Below, in pieces: positions 1 to 7,491 of a stretch of 39,742 bases of DNA. The notes under the pieces are model-generated. The model did not search any database, had not been told where the DNA came from, and saw only the letters and a list, made by a program, of their open reading frames with translations. A program made the position numbers and the translations under genes. The stretch comes from a virus (lineage: Duplodnaviria > Heunggongvirae > Uroviricota > Caudoviricetes): the IMG/VR virus record IMGVR_UViG_3300012943_000001, positions 1 through 39,742 of that record; one strand, 5' to 3'. Numbering within the stretch: position 1 is the stretch's first letter; every line of letters starts with the position of its first letter.

Positions 1-44
1 AAAAACCTGATTCGATTTATTTTTAACTTAGTGCGGAATTTTTC

Positions 45-72
45 TTGCGTTTCAAAAAACGCTCCTCATCGT
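45..72 (+). promoter_or_regulatory. early-type promoter TTGCGT-N16-CATCGT
   Basis: Same spacing as TTGACG-N16-CATTGT at 1509 and 1782, and the same downstream CTAG as the 1509 copy; upstream of the 118 ORF. Confidence 0.5.
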
Positions 73-117
73 CTAGCTCGTTAGATTAAACCATAAACAA
101 AACTAAATCGCACTCAT

Positions 118-879
118 ATGAAATCCCTTAACCTCTGTCTCCACGCTGGCGGTTCCGAAGTTGCCTTCGCTGACCTGATGAACGTCCGCACGCCATCCGC
201 AACCGATACTTGGCACCCTATCCCGCACCATGACCTTGTGAACCGTGTTCGCGTAGGTCTCAACAACGCAAACCTTGAAATCGTCAAGGAAACGCACGCT
301 CTCGCGAAAGAGGGAAACCGTTATTTCGGCATCTTTCAAATCGCAAAGCAGGGAATGCAAGCAAGCGATTATTCGCTTGTGATGGGTTTGCGTAACTCAC
401 ACGACAAAACTTTTCCCGCTGGCATTACTGCGGGTTCCGGCGTGTTCGTATGTGACAACCTCGCCTTTTCCGGGGAGGTCAAGCTTGCCCGCAAACACAC
501 TATCAACTTGAATCGCGACTTGCCCGGAAAAATCTCTGAGGGTATCGGTCGCTTGGGTCAACTATGGGTGAATAATGAACGTCGGTTTGACGCGTACAAA
601 AACACGCGTCTTGACGATTCAAAAGACGTTCACGATTTGCTCATCCGGGCAATCGACTGCGAAGCTTGCACCGTAACGCAAGTGAAGCATATCCTTGACG
701 AGTACCGCAAGCCATCGCATGAAGAGTTTCAAACGCCTAGCGTCTGGCGTTTGTTCAACGCCTTTACTGAAAAGTACAAAGGCAACCTCGAAGCCCTTGC
801 CCCGCGTTCAATCAAACTCCACGGTTTGCTTGACGCTTACTGCGGGATTATCGACAAGGACGCAATCGCCCTAAACTAA
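118..879 (+). CDS. DUF932-family phage/plasmid protein
   Basis: 253 aa; motifs TWHPIPH, GLRNSHDK, GxxVFVCDNLAFSG, RKHT, WRLFNAFTE typical of DUF932. Confidence 0.8.
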   Translation: MKSLNLCLHAGGSEVAFADLMNVRTPSATDTWHPIPHHDLVNRVRVGLNNANLEIVKETHALAKEGNRYFGIFQIAKQGMQASDYSLVMGLRNSHDKTFPAGITAGSGVFVCDNLAFSGEVKLARKHTINLNRDLPGKISEGIGRLGQLWVNNERRFDAYKNTRLDDSKDVHDLLIRAIDCEACTVTQVKHILDEYRKPSHEEFQTPSVWRLFNAFTEKYKGNLEALAPRSIKLHGLLDAYCGIIDKDAIALN

Positions 880-891
880 GGGATGCAACGG

Positions 892-920
892 GGGAGGGGT
901 CAAAAGCCCCTCCCTTTTTT
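892..920 (+). terminator. Rho-independent terminator
   Basis: GGGAGGGG-TCAAAAG-CCCCTCCC followed by T6, 12 nt after the stop. Confidence 0.85.
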
Positions 921-984
921 ATTTAGCAAAAATTTCTCCAAAATAAAGTTTGACCTGCGAACGTTTGAGCCGTTTAGTGATGAC

Positions 985-1251
985 ATGAACAAAATCCTTT
1001 CCTTTGTTACTGATGACGGTTTCACGGTTCGCGGTGAACTTTACGTGTCAGCCGATGAAACGTGGTTTGCCTTTCACTCTGCGGAAATCGACGGTAACAA
1101 GTTTTCCACCTTAGAGGCAATGAACGCCTTTGAAGACGGTTACGCGTACGATGACGAAACCCTTTTGGAGTACGCTTTGACCGCTGGCAACGTTGACCGC
1201 GACGCACTCAACAAAGCGGCACGAATCGCCCGCAACTCTTTTCCCGCCTAA
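985..1251 (+). CDS. hypothetical protein (start moved to MNKILSF)
   Basis: The ORF-track start at 883 runs through the terminator; ATG 985 follows TTGACC-N17-TTTAGT; phage-like codon usage. Confidence 0.7.
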   Translation: MNKILSFVTDDGFTVRGELYVSADETWFAFHSAEIDGNKFSTLEAMNAFEDGYAYDDETLLEYALTAGNVDRDALNKAARIARNSFPA

Positions 1252-1253
1252 CC

Positions 1254-1475
1254 ATGAAACTCTTTCTCATAGTCGAAACCGAAAACGGCTTTGACGGCTA
1301 CGCGTACGAAAACGACACTTTGCAGAGTCGGACAGAGTACAGTTCCGCCCTTGCATACCTCAGAGCGTCCGCAAACAAAGTCTTGAACGGCTACGCGGTC
1401 GCGTTAGAGTTCCGGTCCGGTCGCGTCGTCAACCTATCCCCGAAAGTCGTCTCCCATCCTTACCTTTTCGCCTGA
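1254..1475 (+). CDS. hypothetical protein
   Basis: 73 aa ORF starting 2 nt after the previous stop, with the same codon style. Confidence 0.65.
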   Translation: MKLFLIVETENGFDGYAYENDTLQSRTEYSSALAYLRASANKVLNGYAVALEFRSGRVVNLSPKVVSHPYLFA

Positions 1476-1508
1476 GTTTATTTGACAAGTTTTTTACGCG
1501 GTTAGGTA

Positions 1509-1536
1509 TTGACGAAAGCAAGCCGCGTGTCATTGT
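1509..1536 (+). promoter_or_regulatory. early-type promoter TTGACG-N16-CATTGT
   Basis: TTGACG 1509-1514, CATTGT 1531-1536; identical elements and spacing at 1782-1809. Confidence 0.6.
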
Positions 1537-1540
1537 CTAG

Positions 1541-1645
1541 GGCGAAGGCTAGGGCATGGCGTCCTAGTGAGGGTGGTGAGGCTACACGGATGCAAAACCA
1601 ATCTGTGCAGGGTGGGTGGCTCGCCTGACCGTTTGACCGGCCTTT
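1541..1645 (+). ncRNA. candidate structured non-coding RNA
   Basis: Directly after a promoter, no ORF; nested stems with G-U pairs (1544-48/1641-45, 1549-55/1561-67, 1575-80/1620-25, 1585-91/1601-07). Confidence 0.45.
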
Positions 1646-1781
1646 CTACGCACTAGCAAGACAGAGGGGAGACGATGCGTCAAGACTATTTCGGAAAAGA
1701 TTTCAGATTTATTTTCGTGCCAAGTGCAGAAAGAAAATGAGTTGGCATGAGAATTGTCCCGATTTTATTTCGGAAAAAGAT

Positions 1782-1809
1782 TTGACGATTCAAGTTTGCG
1801 GGTCATTGT
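1782..1809 (+). promoter_or_regulatory. early-type promoter TTGACG-N16-CATTGT
   Basis: Second copy of the motif, 14 nt upstream of ATG 1824. Confidence 0.6.
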
Positions 1810-1823
1810 CCGTTTTATCCCTT

Positions 1824-2024
1824 ATGAAAAACCAACTCCTCCGCCACACTCCAGAGCTTGCCCGCCTTGCCGATGAAATGGAAACCGCTAACAAAGCCGT
1901 TGCCGCTTTGACTAAGAAAATCGGAATTGCCGCTAACCGTTCCCCCGAGTACAAAAAAGCACGTGCCGCTTGGCGTGCTTACTGGGATGCAGTCGATGCA
2001 GACAACGCAAAAGCGAAAGTTTAA
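1824..2024 (+). CDS. small helical hypothetical protein (start moved to MKNQLL)
   Basis: 66 aa Ala/Lys-rich ORF downstream of the promoter; the upstream extension overlaps regulatory repeats. Confidence 0.65.
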   Translation: MKNQLLRHTPELARLADEMETANKAVAALTKKIGIAANRSPEYKKARAAWRAYWDAVDADNAKAKV

Positions 2025-2030
2025 CATAGT

Positions 2031-2052
2031 GCCCCGAAAGGGGCTTGCTTTT
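2031..2052 (+). terminator. short GNRA hairpin terminator overlapping the next promoter
   Basis: GCCCC-GAAA-GGGGC then TTGCTTTT; the TTGCTT also serves as -35 of TTGCTT-N16-TACTCT (2045-2072). Confidence 0.55.
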
Positions 2053-2080
2053 CTCCATTTCCCTTTTACTCTCCTAACTA

Positions 2081-2782
2081 ATGAACGTCCTATTTACTCT
2101 CGTTTCTCGTAACACCAAAACCGGACCGATACCCGTTAGCACGTCGTCAAAGGCTACTTGCCCCGACTCATGCCCCCTTAAGGCGGGGGGCTGTTATGCC
2201 AAGCTAGGGCATATAAACATTCACTGGCAAAGGGTCACTAAAGGACTGTCTGGCATGTCTTGGGGTGAGTTCTGCAATGCTGTCAAGGGGCTATATGCGG
2301 GGCAACTATGGAGACACAACCAAGCGGGGGACTTGCCCGGGGAGAATCTAAGCATTGACCGCGAAGCATTGACCATGCTAGTGAGTGCGAACAAAGGACG
2401 CAAGGGCTTTACCTATACGCACAAACCCGTACTAAAGGGGCAAGCTAACGCTAACACGGTCAAGGCTAACGCTAAGGCTATAGCAGACGCAAACGCCAAG
2501 GGCTTTACCATTAACCTATCTGCGGACAACCTAAGCGAAGCGGATGCAATGCACGCCTTAAACATCGGTCCGGTCGTGTGCATCGTACCTAGTAGCCAAA
2601 ACACCAATACAGTCACCCCAGAGGGACGCAAGGTCGTTATATGTCCCGCAACGCAACGGGATGGGGTTAGCTGTGCGTCTTGCAGACTATGCCAAAACGT
2701 CAAGCGTTCTGTTATCATAGGCTTTCCCGCTCATGGCATACAAAAGGGGCTCGTTAGTGCGATTTCTCAGGAAACCGCTTGA
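2081..2782 (+). CDS. GP88-like Cys-rich protein (radical-SAM-like / metal-binding)
   Basis: N-terminal NxKTG and CPxxC-x6-CYA, R-H-x3-GD, FTYTH, NLSAD, C-terminal CPA...CxxCxxC...FPAHG. Confidence 0.6.
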   Translation: MNVLFTLVSRNTKTGPIPVSTSSKATCPDSCPLKAGGCYAKLGHINIHWQRVTKGLSGMSWGEFCNAVKGLYAGQLWRHNQAGDLPGENLSIDREALTMLVSANKGRKGFTYTHKPVLKGQANANTVKANAKAIADANAKGFTINLSADNLSEADAMHALNIGPVVCIVPSSQNTNTVTPEGRKVVICPATQRDGVSCASCRLCQNVKRSVIIGFPAHGIQKGLVSAISQETA

Positions 2783-2837
2783 CGCTTACTTGTCCTTTCT
2801 TTTAGCTCATTCACGTCAACCTAAACAAACAAAACAA

Positions 2838-3401
2838 ATGAACACTGTTACCGTCTCCCTCCCCTCCCATCACGTCGCCCGCCTTGTCGCCGCTGTTGCC
2901 GCTATCAATGGCGTCAAGTTTGTGGGCGTTACCTATCGCAGCAAGTCAACGGGTGAACTCGCCCGGCATGTCCTCATTCTCGGGGCTTCATATAAGGAAG
3001 TCACCCGTAAGAGCATGGAGGAAATCACACGTAAGCTCCCTACCTTGTCGGGCATTGACTTGCAGGCCGCGAATGACCTGCTTGTCTCTTACTCTAAGAG
3101 CCTGCTTGCGATGGACACGGGGACGGAACACGAGGACTACACAAAGGCGGGTTTGTATGACCTTATCTGCCCCGGCCTAAAGGTCTCGCGTGCAGATAAC
3201 TCGCTTGAACTGTGCGGCCTATCGCATAGCAAGACCGTTATAGAGCAAGGGACATATAAGCATGTCAACAGCAAGCCCCTTACCCTTGCAAAGCAGGCCA
3301 TCGAAAAGGAACTGCCCCGGGGTAAGTTTCGCACGCTAGCCCTAGACGTAGGAGCATTAGAAAGCATTCGCATCGGTGGGGCTGAAATCGACGTGACATA
3401 A
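2838..3401 (+). CDS. hypothetical protein (start moved to MNTVTV)
   Basis: ATG 2838 after an A-rich leader (CTAAACAAACAAAACAA) and TTGACG at 2779. Confidence 0.7.
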   Translation: MNTVTVSLPSHHVARLVAAVAAINGVKFVGVTYRSKSTGELARHVLILGASYKEVTRKSMEEITRKLPTLSGIDLQAANDLLVSYSKSLLAMDTGTEHEDYTKAGLYDLICPGLKVSRADNSLELCGLSHSKTVIEQGTYKHVNSKPLTLAKQAIEKELPRGKFRTLALDVGALESIRIGGAEIDVT

Positions 3402-3975
3402 CATAACACACAAGCCCATTGCATCGCCTCACCTCGCAAGGGTGGGGCTTATTCATGCCCTATTCCTGCCACCCCTCCCCACTTACCCCACCCCATCGAA
3501 TCGCACGCCTACCCGTACCCCTTGCCCTCCCCATCAGGAACTAGAAAGCAGAGCAAGCCTAAAAGCGAACGCGAGACGCATCAACAGGGAAGGCGGGACA
3601 TGTCAAGCCACCCCTCCCACTTTATGAAAGTTTAACAACTTTTTTACACGCGAGATAGGCCCCGGGGGCTAGTTTTCTATCTTTCAACCGCATCTCCGAC
3701 AGCCGAACAATCACCTTTCTCAAAAAATCCCGCACCGTCTTTTATACCAGACGTTATCCCGTACAATGTCTGATATGTCGTACACTAAGCCTCGTACTTG
3801 TCCATTCTATGAGACATCCACCACTCCCCCTCCCCACTTTCCAAATTCGTACAGGGCTCATCGTACCAGTACGTAATGGCTTTCTCAAAAAATTGGGCGA
3901 CCCTTTTTCTCCTGAATAGTGTTTCATATGCGGAACGCTACCCCGCTTAGTGTTGCATATACGAAGCACAACCTT

Positions 3976-4149
3976 ATTCTGCACAGATATATTACTAGTG
4001 AGTTACTAGGGCATCAATGAGTTACAAATCATTCTGCACAGATATTTGTCGTAATACTTGGTTGTGCCCTATGCGATACGTAACACGTCATAAGTGATAC
4101 TTTAATAGCTGTTACGCCCGATAATGTGTCATAAATGATACTTTAATAG
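3976..4149. repeat. two pairs of direct repeats in a long intergenic region
   Basis: ATTCTGCACAGATAT at 3976-3990 and 4031-4045; GTCATAARTGATACTTTAATAG at 4087-4108 and 4128-4149. Confidence 0.8.
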
Positions 4150-4247
4150 TAGTTAGCTAACCGGACAAATATCCGCAAACACCAATGCATTGCTTCTTAA
4201 CCACGCTTAAGACTCAGTACATTGCGTCTTAATGACCAAGTACGTAA

Positions 4248-4284
4248 ACAAAAACCGCCCACCGGAACCTTTCCAGTGAGCGGC
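4248..4284 (-). terminator. Rho-independent terminator of the minus-strand gene
   Basis: On the - strand: GCCGCTCACTGGAA-AGG-TTCCGGTGGGCGGT then TTTT; the stem pairs fully (with G-U) only on this strand. Confidence 0.8.
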
Positions 4285-4349
4285 TTTGCAACACGCTTAA
4301 CTCATAAACTAACTAACACTGTCCACACCCCTGTGAACTGATTATTATG

Positions 4350-4724
4350 TTAGTTCAGGCCGAGTTCTTCAAGTTTCTTTTGGACTGCATCGTTTAAGAT
4401 GTTGTTAGCAATAACTTTCTTTACGTCCGCTAACGCCTGTTCAAGCCCGACATCAATAAACCTCTCGTCAAAGTCAATTTCGCCCGACTCTTCAGGCTTA
4501 TCCGTGTTTTGGCCGAAGACAAAATAGTTTAGGTTATATTCGCCTACATAGTATCCGACTTTTACAGTGCGGCCCTGTACAAGAACTTTTTCTTCGATAG
4601 TTTTCTTCAAGCCCGCAAATCTTTCATCTACGGTGATGTCCGCAATGAATGTACGACGCTGCGTAATAGCAAGAGCCTTGGCTAATTTTTTGAGTTTCTT
4701 AAATAATGATAGTTGGTCAGACAT
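4350..4724 (-). CDS. hypothetical protein (start moved to MSDQLSLF)
   Basis: Only credible minus-strand gene; bracketed by a near-consensus promoter and a terminator. Confidence 0.75.
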   Translation of the reverse strand: MSDQLSLFKKLKKLAKALAITQRRTFIADITVDERFAGLKKTIEEKVLVQGRTVKVGYYVGEYNLNYFVFGQNTDKPEESGEIDFDERFIDVGLEQALADVKKVIANNILNDAVQKKLEELGLN

Positions 4725-4731
4725 AGTGGAA

Positions 4732-4760
4732 ATTATACGCGACTGTAATGCGGCTTTCAA
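4732..4760 (-). promoter_or_regulatory. sigma70-type promoter TTGAAA-N17-TATAAT
   Basis: Near-consensus elements; ATG 7 nt downstream of -10 (leaderless). Confidence 0.8.
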
Positions 4761-4788
4761 TAAAAATAAATGCCAATCTTTGGTTCTA

Positions 4789-4795
4789 AGTGTAA
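4789..4795 (+). promoter_or_regulatory. putative late promoter AGTGTAA
   Basis: Motif recurs in 7 intergenic gaps upstream of structural/lysis genes. Confidence 0.65.
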
Positions 4796-4804
4796 AATGA
4801 GGTA

Positions 4805-5848
4805 ATGAGGAAGGCGTCTTTCATTACTCTATCCATGTTTGCTTTTGCAATGCTATTTGCAAGCTGCAATCACATGCCTAGACCAGTCATTAAGATGAAG
4901 CCCTCACCATCCGAAGTTGCTCTTGCCGAATTGAATACAAAGCAAGCCGAGGATATGAAGAAGTTACAAATTCAGCTAATCGAGGCGGCTGACAAGTTCA
5001 AGCGTGAGTTTGACGCAAATGTTAGTCTCGCTGCCGCATCTGTGATGTCTGTTTACGACACGATGCTCGCAGACCCAACCAAAGACAAGTATGATGTCGC
5101 TGAGATGGCGGGTCTAGAAGTCGCAAAGAAAGCCCTTCCTGAACCTTCACTAGCGGATTACAGAAAAACGACCGAGACACAGCGTAAGCTTTTGTCTGAG
5201 TTAGCACAGGAGGTCGAAAATGGCAAAAAAGAAATTGAGGTCCAAAAGGCCCAAGCAGACGCATCCAAAATTGCTCAAGAAAAAGCTCTTGCTGAAAAGG
5301 CCGCTCTTGAAGCAAAAAAGATTGAAGATGAAAAGACGTTCCAAGCAGAAAAAGACTTGTTGAACGAAAAGATTAAGCAGGAAAAAGAGCAGTCTATTGC
5401 GGACGCTCAGGAAGCGGCCCGCCAAGAAAAGCTAAAAGGTCGCAAAGAACTAGAGAAGTATGTGGTAACAATTCTTATGATTGTCGGCGTCATTGCTGGC
5501 ATCATCTCCTTTATTGTCAAAGGCCCTATGCAGATGTTCGCACCTGCACCAGCCGTTGCCTCTGCTGGAGCTATTGGATTGGCTATCGCCGTCAGCTTCT
5601 TACCAACGTGGGCCATCATTGGAGGACTTGCTATAGTCTTCGGCCTTATCATTACCGCTGTCATTATGGAATGGAAGCAAGAGAAGGATGGCAACGATGT
5701 TATGGTTGGAGCTATTCATGAAGAAAAGACCGAGAACCCCGAAAAATTTAAGACAGGCTTAGGAGCGAAACTTGACGATTGGAATAAAGATAAACCAAAA
5801 GTCAAGGCTCGCGTAACCAAAAAAGTAAAGGCCCTAAATCTTGAATAA
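4805..5848 (+). CDS. lipoprotein with long coiled coil and three C-terminal hydrophobic helices (candidate spanin-like lysis protein)
   Basis: MRK + hydrophobic core + lipobox FAS-C21; E/K/A/Q-rich coiled coil; 3 hydrophobic segments near aa 219-288. Confidence 0.55.
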   Translation: MRKASFITLSMFAFAMLFASCNHMPRPVIKMKPSPSEVALAELNTKQAEDMKKLQIQLIEAADKFKREFDANVSLAAASVMSVYDTMLADPTKDKYDVAEMAGLEVAKKALPEPSLADYRKTTETQRKLLSELAQEVENGKKEIEVQKAQADASKIAQEKALAEKAALEAKKIEDEKTFQAEKDLLNEKIKQEKEQSIADAQEAARQEKLKGRKELEKYVVTILMIVGVIAGIISFIVKGPMQMFAPAPAVASAGAIGLAIAVSFLPTWAIIGGLAIVFGLIITAVIMEWKQEKDGNDVMVGAIHEEKTENPEKFKTGLGAKLDDWNKDKPKVKARVTKKVKALNLE

Positions 5849-5853
5849 CCTCA

Positions 5854-6300
5854 ATGGAACAAAAACCACAAAAAACTTTTACAATGAATATTGACAGACT
5901 AGTCTCTATCGGTGCTCTTATCCTATCTCTTGGAGCAGCCACGTTCGGCGTCCTCTCCAGACAAAATAACTTGGAATTTCTTACGAAAACCGAGTTCGCT
6001 GCGTTCCAAATTCAGAACGTGCAGAAGATGACATCATTGGAGTCTACAATCTCTTCAGGATTTATGGCCGTCAGCCAACAAATCTCCAGTCTCCAATTCG
6101 TTCCTACAAAAGAGTTTTTGGATTTCAAAGAAAAAGTTACAGAGTCTAACTACGAACTTAAGAAGAGCGTAGACTTTGTTAAGAAAGATATGGAGGTCTT
6201 AGAGAAGCAGGTGGACGGACTAGACCAATCTGTCTCAACGCAATCTGCACGTATCAATCTCCTTACAGACGCCGTAGTAAAAGGCGAAATCAAAAAGTAA
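5854..6300 (+). CDS. single N-terminal TM + coiled-coil protein (holin/i-spanin-like)
   Basis: LVSIGALILSLGAATFGVL followed by a heptad-rich region; directly after the lipoprotein gene. Confidence 0.5.
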   Translation: MEQKPQKTFTMNIDRLVSIGALILSLGAATFGVLSRQNNLEFLTKTEFAAFQIQNVQKMTSLESTISSGFMAVSQQISSLQFVPTKEFLDFKEKVTESNYELKKSVDFVKKDMEVLEKQVDGLDQSVSTQSARINLLTDAVVKGEIKK

Positions 6301-6333
6301 GGTACACACAATAGTAGAAAATTGTAGTTCGAT

Positions 6334-6343
6334 TGGTATAATA
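6334..6343 (+). promoter_or_regulatory. extended -10 promoter TGGTATAAT
   Basis: TG-N-TATAAT upstream of the Zn-ribbon/sigma operon; GGTATAATA also at 29357-29365. Confidence 0.55.
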
Positions 6344-6370
6344 AGTTCTAAGTCGAACTTTTTATATCAT

Positions 6371-6805
6371 ATGTCTGCATTACTATTTTGCCCTAAATGT
6401 GGCACCAAAAACGAACCTATAAACGGTAAGTCAGCAAACTTCTGCGGGGGCTGTGGATATAATCTAAAGTCACTTGCCGCATTTGGTGGAGACCAGCCTG
6501 CACCGGCTAGACCCGCCGCATCTCGTGCTCCTAGAGCATCTACTGTTATGGATATTACAGTGGGCGAAGAAGAGCATGAAGATATTCCAGAGGCAGCAAT
6601 CTCCGCAAATGACGTGGAGATTATTACGCCAAAGGCTAATGTACCTACTGTAGCTCAGGTATTAGGTACGGCAAGTGCAGGCTATGATAACGCCCGCCAA
6701 CCTCTCGCCGCTCGTGCGAAGAAGAGGGCCAGTGGTAAGACTACCTTTGCCAAGTTCCAAGAGGAAGCCGGTAAGGGCGGCACCAAAGGCCAAGAAATCG
6801 GTTAA
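6371..6805 (+). CDS. zinc-ribbon domain protein
   Basis: FCPKCG...FCGGCG at the N-terminus. Confidence 0.75.
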   Translation: MSALLFCPKCGTKNEPINGKSANFCGGCGYNLKSLAAFGGDQPAPARPAASRAPRASTVMDITVGEEEHEDIPEAAISANDVEIITPKANVPTVAQVLGTASAGYDNARQPLAARAKKRASGKTTFAKFQEEAGKGGTKGQEIG

Positions 6806-6816
6806 TCTATAACTAC

Positions 6817-7491
6817 ATGTCTATCACTTTCGAAGAAAAGATAGAGTCTATCAATAACGAGCTTAGGAAAAGACGAGGAAAGTGGCAGCTAAAAGCACGA
6901 CCTGATTTAGACTTTGGGGATGTCGAACAAATCATTCGAATCCATATTTACTCTAAATGGTCGCAGTGGGACCAAGCTCGCCCCTTAGAGCCGTGGCTTA
7001 ATAGAACGATTACGAGGCAGATAAGCAATCTGTTACGTAATTTATATGGTGGATTCGCCCGCCCGTGCCTTAAGTGTGCGGCCAATCAAGGTAATGATTT
7101 ATGTGCCATCTATCAAAAGCAATGTGCCGAGTGCCCGTTGTTTGCTAAATGGTCGAGAGGCAAAAAACAAGCTTACGATGTAAAGATTCCGCTTCCTCTA
7201 GAAACGCATACGCAAGAGGCCGAATCTATCTCTGGCGACTTCATTGACTATGAAGGTTCCGCCAAAGTGATTCATACTAAGATGCAGCTTAAACTTACCA
7301 AGGTGCAGTATAAGGTATACGAGATGCTGTTCGTGAACAATCTTTCTGAAGACGAAGTGGCCCGCCGTATGGGGTACAAAAAGAACGAAGACCTCAAACG
7401 CAAAGTAATCCGCTATAAACAGATTGAGAACTATAAGAAACGCTTTGTAGAATCGGCACGTGAAGTAATCGCAGAGGAGGGCTTAGTATAA
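6817..7491 (+). CDS. phage-encoded sigma70/ECF-like RNA polymerase sigma factor with Cys-rich insertion
   Basis: Region-2-like DVEQIIRIHIYSKWSQWD..LEPWLNRTITRQISNLLR; region-4 HTH LTKVQYKVYEML..LSEDEVARRMGY. Confidence 0.75.
   Translation: MSITFEEKIESINNELRKRRGKWQLKARPDLDFGDVEQIIRIHIYSKWSQWDQARPLEPWLNRTITRQISNLLRNLYGGFARPCLKCAANQGNDLCAIYQKQCAECPLFAKWSRGKKQAYDVKIPLPLETHTQEAESISGDFIDYEGSAKVIHTKMQLKLTKVQYKVYEMLFVNNLSEDEVARRMGYKKNEDLKRKVIRYKQIENYKKRFVESAREVIAEEGLV

Noticed and set aside
1651-1684. Antisense TTGACG (and TTGACA near 3600) promoter-like sites
   Set aside because: No convincing -10 at proper spacing; kept only as a possibility
3442-3984. ORFs 3442-3627 (+) and 3754-3984 (-)
   Set aside because: Low-complexity translations with non-ATG starts in a repeat-rich non-coding region
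3976-4149. Repeat pairs as a possible CRISPR array
   Set aside because: Only two copies of each, two different repeat sequences, and no cas genes
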